Part shown: piece after piece, positions 1 through 8,348 of the stretch
How the letters are laid out: each line of letters opens with the position of its first letter
Numbering within the stretch: the first letter of the stretch is position 1
NCBI GenBank assembly: GCA_018661705.1
Contig: JABJHR010000015.1
Location: 3,525-67,524, forward strand
Length of the DNA: 64,000 nt
DNA from: Candidatus Woesearchaeota archaeon
GTDB taxonomy: Archaea > Nanobdellota > Nanobdellia > Woesearchaeales > DSVV01
Reading direction: 5' to 3'
The notes under the pieces: generated by a model
What the model saw: only the letters and a program-made list of their open reading frames with translations
Told to the model about the DNA's origin: nothing
The model's database searches: none
Made by a program: the position numbers and the translations under genes

Positions 1-1
1 T

Positions 2-79
2 GAAGATAAAGAAGTAGCAGATGGTTTTAAAGCTTTTTTTGAGATTCAATGGGATATTGCTAAGAAAGTAAAAAAATAG
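2..79 (+). CDS. 3' end of a CDS that starts upstream of the window (hypothetical protein)
   Basis: Open frame from the window edge to TAG at 77-79. Only 26 codons are visible. Confidence 0.25.
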   Translation, partial: EDKEVADGFKAFFEIQWDIAKKVKK

Positions 80-240
80 TTTTGGGTAATGAGTCTTGGG
101 TTATGGGTGGGTGATCAGTAAGTAGTTATGGGTATCACAGTAGTTGCTCAGAACTTATTTTACTCATAACCAAACCCCATAACTGATTTACCCACAACCA
201 ACTCATTACTCATTACTCAAGACTCAAAACTTAAGAAATA
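80..240. repeat. Long imperfect inverted repeat (palindrome) upstream of nadK
   Basis: The left arm gggtaatgagtcttgggttatgggtgggtgatcagtaagtagttatggg is approximately reverse-complementary to the right arm ccataactgatttacccacaaccaactcattactcattactcaagactc. It contains GGGTNATG and TTACTCA word repeats. Confidence 0.4.
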
Positions 241-270
241 TTTATATACAATAGAGGTTATCATAATAAT

Positions 271-1044
271 ATGCCAAATATATACGTTGTTTATTATAAA
301 CCAAGTGATAAGGAAGAGAGATTATCATTAAAGACAGTTCTTACTACATTAGATAAATATAATATGAAATACAAGGCTATTGAGAGAAAGTTTTGTTATA
401 AAGGTGAATTTAGGGGGGCAAAGTTAATTATTGTTGTTGGTGGTGATGGAACATTCTTAAGAGTTTCACATTATGTAAAAGATGCACCTTTATTTGGAGT
501 AAATTCTCATCATATGAAAAAAGAAGGCTTTTTTATGCATTCTACAAGAATGAATTTTGAAAAAAAGATTAAAAAATTAATAAAAGGGTTTAAAACAAAA
601 AAATTAACTAGATTAGAGGTTGCGATTAACGGAAAAAAACATAATTATCCTGTGTTAAATGATATCTTTTTTGGTCATCGTATTTCATATAAATTATCAC
701 GGTTTGATTTAACAGTAAAAGGGAAGAAAGAACATCAGAAATGTTCAGGACTAATAGCTTCAACACCTGCTGGAAGTTATGCATGGGCTGTAAGTGCAGG
801 TGGTAAAAAAATGCCATTAACATCACAAAAATGGCAATATCTTGTGAGAGAGCAATATGAATTACGATTACATAAGCATAAATTAAAAAAAGGATTTCTT
901 AATAAGAATGATAAGATCAAAATTAACGTTTTAAGAGATACATATGTTCTTGCTTTGGATTCATTGGAAGAGATTAAATTAAAAAAAGGAGATGTTATTA
1001 CAATCTCTATGTCAAAAAAACCATTAAATTATGTTGTGATATAA
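271..1044 (+). CDS. nadK: NAD(+) kinase
   Basis: GGDGTFL motif (VVGGDGTFLR), NDIFF motif, and a size of about 257 aa typical of the archaeal PpnK/NadK family. Confidence 0.8.
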   Translation: MPNIYVVYYKPSDKEERLSLKTVLTTLDKYNMKYKAIERKFCYKGEFRGAKLIIVVGGDGTFLRVSHYVKDAPLFGVNSHHMKKEGFFMHSTRMNFEKKIKKLIKGFKTKKLTRLEVAINGKKHNYPVLNDIFFGHRISYKLSRFDLTVKGKKEHQKCSGLIASTPAGSYAWAVSAGGKKMPLTSQKWQYLVREQYELRLHKHKLKKGFLNKNDKIKINVLRDTYVLALDSLEEIKLKKGDVITISMSKKPLNYVVI

Positions 1045-1677
1045 ATGGAAACTAAAGAAAAATTACATAAATTAAGAAATATTGGGTTTTATTTTATTAC
1101 TGATTCAAACTTAACAAAACTAAGTTCTATAAAACAAGTTGAAATTGCTATTAAAGAAGGTGTTGAAGTTATCCAATACAGAGAAAAATTTCTTGATAGG
1201 AGACAAATGCATGAAACAGCTGTAAAAATAAGAAAAATGACATCTGAAGCAGGTATTTTGTTTATTGTAAATGATTATGTGGATGTTGCAATTAAAGCAA
1301 AAGCAGATGGTGTGCATCTTGGTCAAAATGATTTTGCATTTGAAGAAGCAAGACGAATTGTTCCAGAGGAAATGATGATTGGATTAACTGTTTCAACAGT
1401 AAAACAAGCAATTGAAGCTGAAAAGAAAGGCGCAGATTATATTGCCTTTGGGCCAATTTTTAAGGCTTTAAATCCTAAAAATAAAATTTTAGGTGTTGAT
1501 AAAATTGTTAAGGTTAAAGAAAAAATAGATATTCCAGTTGTTGTGTTTGGTGGTGTTAATAAAAATAATGTTAAAAAAGTTATTGATGTAGAAACAGATG
1601 GTTATATTATTGTTTCTGAGCTATTTTCTAAAAAAGACTTAAATAAAGAAATTAAAGAAGTAATTAAAAAAAAGTAG
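1045..1677 (+). CDS. thiE: Thiamine-phosphate synthase
   Basis: FYFITD, IQYREK, ADGVHLGQND, GADYIAFGPIF and PVVVFGGV motifs match the TMP-TENI fold. The ATG directly abuts the nadK stop. Confidence 0.8.
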   Translation: METKEKLHKLRNIGFYFITDSNLTKLSSIKQVEIAIKEGVEVIQYREKFLDRRQMHETAVKIRKMTSEAGILFIVNDYVDVAIKAKADGVHLGQNDFAFEEARRIVPEEMMIGLTVSTVKQAIEAEKKGADYIAFGPIFKALNPKNKILGVDKIVKVKEKIDIPVVVFGGVNKNNVKKVIDVETDGYIIVSELFSKKDLNKEIKEVIKKK

Positions 1678-1930
1678 GCAGGCATGCCCAATAATGGCCA
1701 TATAAATCAGCTCAAGGTTTAATCCCTGTCCATTCTCCATCTGGCGACCTTGCAAGCACCTGTGCAAAAGCTTAATGCTGCTCCGATCAAGGCCTGACAT
1801 GGTTCGCAAAAGCATAAGTCCTGCAAGACCAAATTTCATTGGCAAGACAAGGACCTTGTGCTAAAATATATGACGCTTACCAGGCTTCAGCTCCTACATA
1901 AGTCCGTTGTAGGTAACAGGTGAGGACTAA
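1678..1930. ncRNA. GC-rich island, candidate structured ncRNA (possibly SRP/7S-like). Strand and identity unresolved
   Basis: About 250 nt with sharply elevated G+C relative to the flanks. Multiple local hairpins, for example CCTACAtaagtccgtTGTAGG. The minus strand carries GUCAGGCC...GGAGCAGCA, reminiscent of the SRP RNA helix-8 motif. It shares a GTCCGT word with repeat families A and B. Confidence 0.3.
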
Positions 1931-2028
1931 CCACCCAGCCTAGCCTACCTAAGTACTTGGAAGAAAGATTGATTTAAAAAGGTTGTGATGATAACTGCTA
2001 TTTCGTAAGATTTTTATATTAGATAAAT

Positions 2029-2697
2029 TTGGATTATATTAGAGGTGTATGGATGGATTTGGCAGTATTATTTGAAGATGTTAAAGGATTGAAACAAGAT
2101 TTCTCTATAGTGAGAGCTGCCAAGATTAAAACAAGTGAAAAAAGATCTCATACAAGTAATCTTAAAAGTCAAGCAAAAGAGCCTCGAGAAAATAATACAA
2201 ATAAAACAGGAAAATCAAAAAAAGAATCAGATAAAAAACAAAAAGACACAACAAGTATTGCAGAGCTTCTTAATACAGTTATTGAAATTGAGGAAAAAGA
2301 TGTAATTGATGTGCAAATTGATTCTATTGATAATAAGGGATATGAAATATCACATATGAAACAATATGCAAAATTAATGCTTCAATATCAACGATTTTTA
2401 GATGCATACTTAAAAGATTATAAACCAGGAGATGCAAATTCTGGAGTAGAGATGCCTGAATATACTGATGCCTTTGCAAGAACAGATGTTGTTGTGCCAA
2501 AAAGAAATTTTGGAGTAGGGCAAGACGTAATGACTCATTCTGAGATAAGAGATATTGTTAGAAGAAAAAGAATGAACTGGGCAATGGGTGGAGAACATAA
2601 CTATGTTTCACCTGACGAAAAAGACAGATACAAAATGTGGAAAATGTGCAGTAAGTTTAATTATATAATGTCAGAAGGATGCTGGTTTACTTTATGA
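2029..2697 (+). CDS. Hypothetical protein
   Basis: 222-aa ORF with no recognised motif. It has a K/E-rich low-complexity segment near the N-terminus. Confidence 0.45.
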   Translation: MDYIRGVWMDLAVLFEDVKGLKQDFSIVRAAKIKTSEKRSHTSNLKSQAKEPRENNTNKTGKSKKESDKKQKDTTSIAELLNTVIEIEEKDVIDVQIDSIDNKGYEISHMKQYAKLMLQYQRFLDAYLKDYKPGDANSGVEMPEYTDAFARTDVVVPKRNFGVGQDVMTHSEIRDIVRRKRMNWAMGGEHNYVSPDEKDRYKMWKMCSKFNYIMSEGCWFTL

Positions 2698-2770
2698 TCT
2701 TATTATTTTATTGAATAGTAATCCCTGATTTTTCATTAACTTTTTATACTATCTTCTCTTGTGAAAGAAT

Positions 2771-3565
2771 ATGATTAATTTTAACTTAGATCCTACAATC
2801 TTTGCAATTGGGCCATTTGAAGTACGTTATTATGGATTAGTTTATGTTATTGGGTTTTTACTAGCGTACCTTTGGTTATGGTGGGGAGTTAAGAAAAAGA
2901 AAATTGATCTTTCAATGGAAGATGTAGATACATTAATTCTTTATCTAATGTTAGGTGTTATCTTAGGTTCTAGACTCTTTCATGTTATTTTTTGGCAGCC
3001 AGTTTATTATTTTACCAATCCTTTGCAGATATTTGCATTTTGGAAAGGCGGAATGGCTTTTCATGGTGGTTTAATTGGTGGTCTTTTAGGGATCTGGTTG
3101 TTTTGTAGGAAAAATGAAATAAAAGAAAAAATAACCTTAGCAAGATTAGCTGATTATTTAGTAATTCCAACTGTTTTTGCTTTGGCATTAGGAAGACTTG
3201 CTAATTTTCTTAATGGAGAATTACCTGGAACAACTACAAATGTAAGTTGGTGTTTTAATTTTCCTGGCTATGAAGGTTGTAGACATCCTTCTCAGCTATA
3301 TGGTGCCTTGAAAAGATTTATTATTTTAGGTATTCTTGTTGTTGTTGATAAATTATATATTGAAAAAAGTTTTGCTGCGGGAAAAAGAATTAAAGATGGT
3401 TTCTTATTCTGGGTGTTTGTTGGATTATTTGGTATTGGTAGATTTATTATTAATTTCTACAGGGATGATCCAAGATGGTTGGGATTAAGTTTAGGACAGT
3501 ATTTAGGAGTAGGAATGTTCTTGTTGGCAGTGGTTGTTTGGTGGAAGTATTATAGAAGGAATTAA
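2771..3565 (+). CDS. lgt: Prolipoprotein diacylglyceryl transferase (bacterial-type Lgt)
   Basis: The whole protein follows E. coli Lgt order. Examples are IGPFEVRYYGLVYVIGF, FWKGGMAFHGGLIGG and ALGRLANFLNGELPG, corresponding to the Lgt signature G-R-x-x-N-F-x-N-x-E-L-x-G. Confidence 0.8.
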   Translation: MINFNLDPTIFAIGPFEVRYYGLVYVIGFLLAYLWLWWGVKKKKIDLSMEDVDTLILYLMLGVILGSRLFHVIFWQPVYYFTNPLQIFAFWKGGMAFHGGLIGGLLGIWLFCRKNEIKEKITLARLADYLVIPTVFALALGRLANFLNGELPGTTTNVSWCFNFPGYEGCRHPSQLYGALKRFIILGILVVVDKLYIEKSFAAGKRIKDGFLFWVFVGLFGIGRFIINFYRDDPRWLGLSLGQYLGVGMFLLAVVVWWKYYRRN

Positions 3566-3593
3566 ACTTAATTAGAAAATAATTAATTTAAAA

Positions 3594-4262
3594 TTACTTC
3601 TCTATAACAAACACACAATGATCTAATTCTAATGGATCTAATGTTTTATAGTCGATAATGTTGATCTTTGCTTCTAATAGTTGTCTTCTGACCATTTCAA
3701 AGATCTTTCTAGGTTGTTTTGTTACATCAATGCTTCTTGCTTTTATAGATAAGAAAGCTCTACCACCTTTTTTCAAGAATTTTAGGTTTTTTAGGAAAAT
3801 ACCAACTTGTGATTTTTGAGAAATATCTTGTATCAGAAAATCTACTTTACAAATCTTTTTTGTATATGTGTCTGGTAAAGCACAATCAGCTAATATTGGA
3901 ATAATATTTTTTCTTTTATGAGCAAGAAAGTATAATTCTCTTAAAACTCTTGATGAAACATCTAACCCAAAGATTAAACCTTTATCACCAACAATATCTG
4001 ATAAATGAGAAGCAGTTGTTCCTGAAGCAACCCCTAAATATAAAATATAATCGCCTTTATTTAGTTTTAAAGGACAGACATTCTTTGCTAATGCAGCTCC
4101 AACTTTACTTTTTGTTGTGCTCCATTCTCTGTATTCTATGCCTCTATCTCTATATAATCTTTCATCATAAACTCTCTTGCCTGGGTTTAAATTTTCAGTG
4201 TAAAATCTAAATCTATTACCTTTCTTTTCCATGTACACTCCAGAGTTTTTTGTTTCCATCAT
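3594..4262 (-). CDS. flpA: Fibrillarin-like rRNA/tRNA 2'-O-methyltransferase
   Basis: About 222 aa. SAM-binding LYLGVASGTTASHLSDIV, an archaeal fibrillarin N-terminus (KRVYDERLY) and a KIINIIDYKTLDP-like C-terminus. Confidence 0.9.
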   Translation of the reverse strand: MMETKNSGVYMEKKGNRFRFYTENLNPGKRVYDERLYRDRGIEYREWSTTKSKVGAALAKNVCPLKLNKGDYILYLGVASGTTASHLSDIVGDKGLIFGLDVSSRVLRELYFLAHKRKNIIPILADCALPDTYTKKICKVDFLIQDISQKSQVGIFLKNLKFLKKGGRAFLSIKARSIDVTKQPRKIFEMVRRQLLEAKINIIDYKTLDPLELDHCVFVIEK

Positions 4263-4876
4263 TTTGATTGTGCCATCTCTAATAATTTTTTGATTTTTTC
4301 TTTCTGTATAACCTTGCCGTGGCCAGGATAAATAACATCCGCAATCTTCAAAATTTTAATTGCAGTTTCTTTTGCTTCTTCATTCTTGAAAAATCCTTCT
4401 TCCATATAATCTTTTCTTATTGCATCGCCTGAAATAATGTGGTTTTCTCCATCTATTTCAACTAAAGCAGAGATGTGAGATTGTACATGCCCCTCTGTAT
4501 TAATAATTTTGACTCCCGCTATGTCCATGTCCTCAGTTTTTCTATATTTTTCTGCGCCACCATCTGGAAACCAAATAAATCTTTTCCCAGAAACGATTTT
4601 TGCATTCTTGAATAAATGAATATTTGAACAATGATCTAAATGCCAGTGACTTTGAATAACATAATCAACTTCATCTGGATTAATATTATTTTCTTCTAAT
4701 GCTTTTACTAATTTTTCTTTTACATACCTATTTCCAGTATCAAAGATGATGTTTTTTTCTCCTTTTATGAAATATACATTGGAACAACTTCGTTTGTATA
4801 TTAAAGCAAGCTTACTATCTTTATCTTGAACTTCTTTTTCGTGTTCTCCTTCTAATATAATCTTTATTTCTGTCAT
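4259..4876 (-). CDS. MBL-fold metallo-hydrolase
   Basis: HxHxDH motif (SHWHLDHCSN) plus downstream His and Asp ligands (GHVQSH, SGDA). It lies between flpA and nop5. Confidence 0.7.
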   Translation of the reverse strand: MTEIKIILEGEHEKEVQDKDSKLALIYKRSCSNVYFIKGEKNIIFDTGNRYVKEKLVKALEENNINPDEVDYVIQSHWHLDHCSNIHLFKNAKIVSGKRFIWFPDGGAEKYRKTEDMDIAGVKIINTEGHVQSHISALVEIDGENHIISGDAIRKDYMEEGFFKNEEAKETAIKILKIADVIYPGHGKVIQKEKIKKLLEMAQSK

Positions 4877-4908
4877 TTTGTGGTTTATTTTTTTAATTTA
4901 ACACTTTA

Positions 4909-4998
4909 GCAAAAAATAATAACATGGCCAGATGAGGCGAAGCCGAGTAGGACTTTCATAGAAAGTCCGTCTGTGCCGGTGTTGTTATTGTTTTTTGC
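4909..4998 (+). repeat. Family A GC-rich palindromic intergenic repeat, copy A1
   Basis: Core GGCCAGatgaGGCGAAGCCGAGTAGGACTTTCatagAAAGTCCGTCTGTGCC. It is flanked by the inverted A/T arms gcaaaaaataataac and gttattgttttttgc. It is shared with the copies near 13996, 28489 and 57221. Confidence 0.6.
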
Positions 4999-5028
4999 AT
5001 CTTATTATCATTTTTTATAACAACATTA

Positions 5029-5904
5029 TTATTTTAATTGTTTCTTTACTTTTGCCATTAATTTTTTTCCATAATCTTTGTTTGGTTTGCCTTTTTCATG
5101 GAAATAATCTACTTTTGCAGCCATTGAAATTGCACTTGCAAGATGTCGTGCTGCTTTTCCATGATCTTTTTGTCTTGAACTAGCAACAATTGGATGATTA
5201 ATTATAATTCCATGCTTTGGGCATGACGATCTTTTATTTTTTAGGTGTCTAAATAATGCTTTCTCTGCTCCAAGCAATTGTATAGTTGAAGAAGTCATTT
5301 CTGCAAGGTTTTCAAGGCTGCCTGCATGAGCAATTAATTCTGCACCAATTTGTGCAGTTGCAACTTCAGTTGTGTTAGGGCAAAGTTTTGCCATTAATTT
5401 TTCAATATATAACTTTTGTTTTTCTCTTAGCTTTACTAATAATGTTATTTCTGTTGCTAAAACCTTTATTTGTGTTACATCTGCTTTGTCAAGGTCTGCA
5501 CCAACACTTTTTACTCCATATTTTTTACTTAATTGTTCTTTGTTCTTATCTAATACTAATTTTGCATAAATTTCATTGTCATTAATCTGCGAATTTAGCT
5601 CTGGAAAGTATAACCCAAACCATTCTCTTAATCTTTTTCCTAGCAAATTAATAGTTCTGTTTAATTCATCAATATTATTAACAGATTGTGAGATTAAATT
5701 GTCTGTTTTAACAGAATTAATAATGTCTTTTGCAGTTTGCTTCATATTTAGTTCATAAAACTGTTTCTGAAACTCAGGTAATTTAGGAAATATAAAATCA
5801 GGATCTTCATCCATTTTTTTGGTTGTTTTTATATCTCTAGCTATCATTTTGTCTTCCTTGAACAAAAATGTGCCAATTATGTTAGTATATTGTCTTTTCT
5901 GCAT
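5029..5904 (-). CDS. nop5: Box C/D snoRNP protein Nop56/58 (Nop5), short form
   Basis: NOP domain motifs (IAHAGSLENLAEM, TIQLLGAEKALFRH, KHGIIINHPIV) and a K-rich C-terminal tail. At 291 aa it is shorter than typical archaeal Nop5, so the coiled-coil insert appears reduced. Confidence 0.8.
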   Translation of the reverse strand: MQKRQYTNIIGTFLFKEDKMIARDIKTTKKMDEDPDFIFPKLPEFQKQFYELNMKQTAKDIINSVKTDNLISQSVNNIDELNRTINLLGKRLREWFGLYFPELNSQINDNEIYAKLVLDKNKEQLSKKYGVKSVGADLDKADVTQIKVLATEITLLVKLREKQKLYIEKLMAKLCPNTTEVATAQIGAELIAHAGSLENLAEMTSSTIQLLGAEKALFRHLKNKRSSCPKHGIIINHPIVASSRQKDHGKAARHLASAISMAAKVDYFHEKGKPNKDYGKKLMAKVKKQLK

Positions 5905-6654
5905 AAAACTAATGTTTGTTCCTGTTGTTTAAAAAGTTTATTGAAAGTAAACTTTATATATCATGAGGTTGCAGCGATAAAAATGCAAGATAAATTACTT
6001 AGTTGGATTAAACCAATTGTAAATCGGAATAGTGAACTTAGAGAGGAAGTACAATATTTAAATGTAGTTTTAGGTACAAATTTACCACACGGAGCGTTAT
6101 TTGATAATTACCGTCCAGATGCGGAACTTTTTCTTAATGGTCCAGACGGTGTTCATGGTGTTGGACATTCAACTAGAGTTTTGATACTTACTGAATTACT
6201 TTCAAGGATGTATCTTGCTAATAATCCTAATTCAATTGATATAATTGCATTAAGAGAAGCAGCAAGATTTCATGATATGGGCAGAATTTATGATTCTTAT
6301 GATTCAGATCATGGTGTTCGTGGTGCTGAATTATATTTAGAAAGGAGTAATGGTCATGTTGATAGTGGAAAAGTGGCATATCTGGTAGAATGGCATGTTC
6401 CTGATGATAAACATGCACCAGAAATGATACCAGAATTAGCTATCCTCAAAGATGCAGATGCTTTAGACCGCGCAAGAGTTCAACATAAAGGTTATGGTTT
6501 AAATCCAAAATTTCTTAGAACAAAAGAAGCAAAAAAATTAATTATAACTGCAGAACATTTATTCTTGGTTAGTCACGGATTAACTTATGTTAATGGCTCT
6601 GATGAATATAGATCAGTTATTCATGCTGCAAAGGCAATAGAGATAGTAAAGTAA
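5890..6654 (+). CDS. HD-domain phosphohydrolase
   Basis: HGVGHSTRV and RFHDMGR match an H...HD metal-binding pattern. An alternative start at M32 (about 5983) would avoid the overlap with the nop5 start. Confidence 0.5.
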   Translation: MSFLHKTNVCSCCLKSLLKVNFIYHEVAAIKMQDKLLSWIKPIVNRNSELREEVQYLNVVLGTNLPHGALFDNYRPDAELFLNGPDGVHGVGHSTRVLILTELLSRMYLANNPNSIDIIALREAARFHDMGRIYDSYDSDHGVRGAELYLERSNGHVDSGKVAYLVEWHVPDDKHAPEMIPELAILKDADALDRARVQHKGYGLNPKFLRTKEAKKLIITAEHLFLVSHGLTYVNGSDEYRSVIHAAKAIEIVK

Positions 6655-6690
6655 TTGTTTGTTGAGATGTTATAATAACAAAATTTTTTA

Positions 6691-6814
6691 TTTGTGCTTT
6701 TATTTTTTAATAATAAATATTTGTGAGAAACATTGGCTCCGCCCTGGTGTAGAAGAATTATACACTGTGTGTTACTCTGCTAAATTAGGTCCGTTAGGAC
6801 ATATCATTCACTAA
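6691..6814. repeat. Family B GC-rich intergenic repeat, copy B1 (between convergent genes)
   Basis: TTTGTGCTTTT...CATTGGCTCCGCCCTGGTGTAGAAGAATTATACACTG...AGGTCCGTTAGGACATATCA. It is nearly identical in layout to the copy at 18728-18836. Confidence 0.5.
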
Positions 6815-6856
6815 TTAATTGGTTCAATATTATTGATCTCTTGTAATGGAAAAAAA

Positions 6857-7540
6857 TCAACCAAGTATAGTTCCCTTAAACTTTTTCCCTTCTAAATAAT
6901 TCTTTATATTACCTAAATCATTGCCGTTAATGATTATTACTTTCATCTTAAATTTCATACATTTCTTTGCAGCAATTGGATCAAATGGTGTGTTTTTGCC
7001 AGGAACCCATCTTCTACCAATAATATCAAGAAATTTATTCCACGTAAGTTTTTTTAATGGTTTTGCATCTTTAAATTTTCTTGGATCTTTATCATAAACA
7101 TAATCAACATTTGTTAAATTCATCATAACATTTGCTTTAATGTTGTGTGCTAATAATACTGCATCCATATCACTGCTATGGCCTGGAGAATATCCTGCCC
7201 CAATAATTATTTTTTTATTTGTTTTAATTGGATCTTCTGGATTATCAATAACTACTCTGTGTGCATCCTTGCCAAACATAATTCTAACAAGCTCTGCATT
7301 TAATCTGGTTGATTTTATACCAACCCAATCTAAATCTACATCTGTTATTTTCTTACCAACAAGGTCTTTAGCTGCACCCTGGTAAATTCTACAAGTTCTA
7401 CCACCGCCACAAACCATTGCTGCTTTGTTTCCTTTCTTTGTAAAATCTAATATTAATTTTCTAAAATTCTTTAAGAATTTAGTATCAACTTTATCTGGAA
7501 CAATCATTGAACCGCCTAATGATAATACAACTGATTTCAT
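6857..7540 (-). CDS. pyrH: Uridylate (UMP) kinase, archaeal type
   Basis: LSLGGS...VCGGG...IIGAGYSPGHSSD matches the amino-acid kinase fold in the archaeal PyrH layout. Length is about 227 aa. Confidence 0.85.
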   Translation of the reverse strand: MKSVVLSLGGSMIVPDKVDTKFLKNFRKLILDFTKKGNKAAMVCGGGRTCRIYQGAAKDLVGKKITDVDLDWVGIKSTRLNAELVRIMFGKDAHRVVIDNPEDPIKTNKKIIIGAGYSPGHSSDMDAVLLAHNIKANVMMNLTNVDYVYDKDPRKFKDAKPLKKLTWNKFLDIIGRRWVPGKNTPFDPIAAKKCMKFKMKVIIINGNDLGNIKNYLEGKKFKGTILG

Positions 7541-7621
7541 GTTTTCACCTTTTTTAATATGTTATGTTCAATATGTTATAATAATCATAAATTTAATCTT
7601 GTATTAATAATTTTGATTAGT

Positions 7622-7966
7622 TTAACTTCCAAATCCAATCAAACTAACGCCGGCAATTATTAATAAAACTCCTACCCATTTACCCATATTCATTTTTTCG
7701 TTTAAATACTTTACTGACAATAGGCAGGTCCAAACATAAGATAATGATATAAATGGATAAAGATACGATAAATCTGCAAATTTAAGAGCAAAGATAAATA
7801 TAAGACTTCCAACAAAATATAAGAATAATCCCATGATTAATTGCCAATTTTTCATTAATTCAAGAATATTAAATTTAAATGTGTTTGAACCCTTTTTTAA
7901 TAATAAACTTGCGGTAGCGCCCATGAAAGTTGCAAAGATTGTTAAGGCAATAGCTATTTGGATCAT
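7622..7966 (-). CDS. Small DMT/EamA-like membrane transporter subunit (half-size)
   Basis: Four predicted TM helices. The start is taken at internal Met19, which gives a 4-nt overlap with the upstream paralog. The ORF track extends it to 8020. Confidence 0.45.
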   Translation of the reverse strand: MIQIAIALTIFATFMGATASLLLKKGSNTFKFNILELMKNWQLIMGLFLYFVGSLIFIFALKFADLSYLYPFISLSYVWTCLLSVKYLNEKMNMGKWVGVLLIIAGVSLIGFGS

Positions 7967-8313
7967 GATTTTGCCCCCAATACACCAACACCAATAATTA
8001 TCAATACAATGCCCGCCCATTTAAACGTATTAATTGTTTCACCAAAAACAAAATGTGAAAGTATAACAACTAAAAAATAACCTAATGCAATCATTGGATA
8101 TAATGTTGATAATTCTCCTCGTTGTAACGCTAATATCAATAATAATGCCGCAATTGCATATAAGAATAAACCAATCCATAACGAATAATTAAAAATAAGT
8201 TCTGTACTAAAAACTAAGTTTTGTGATGCTAACTTATAGAATATTTGGGCAATTGAAATGAATAATGTAGAAATTATGACCAGAATTATTGCACTTAATT
8301 TTGTTTTACCCAT
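7963..8313 (-). CDS. Small DMT/EamA-like membrane transporter subunit (half-size)
   Basis: 116 aa with four TM helices. It is a paralog of the adjacent gene, as in paired small multidrug-resistance-type transporters. Confidence 0.45.
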   Translation of the reverse strand: MGKTKLSAIILVIISTLFISIAQIFYKLASQNLVFSTELIFNYSLWIGLFLYAIAALLLILALQRGELSTLYPMIALGYFLVVILSHFVFGETINTFKWAGIVLIIIGVGVLGAKS

Positions 8314-8348
8314 CTTTTTTCCTTAATTAAACTATTGTAATTAATAAT

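Noticed and set aside
4926-4977. Family A core as box C/D or H/ACA sRNA (fibrillarin and nop5 are adjacent to copy A1)
   Set aside because: No RUGAUGA/CUGA box pairs and no ACA or ANANNA motif at the expected positions. The four copies are associated with gene 3' ends rather than showing guide-like variable regions.
6731-6814. Family B elements as unusual tRNA genes
   Set aside because: Copy B2 has a 7-9-bp acceptor-like terminal stem, but no T-loop (GTTCRANYC) or D-arm consensus is present, and the terminal stem is not conserved in copy B1.
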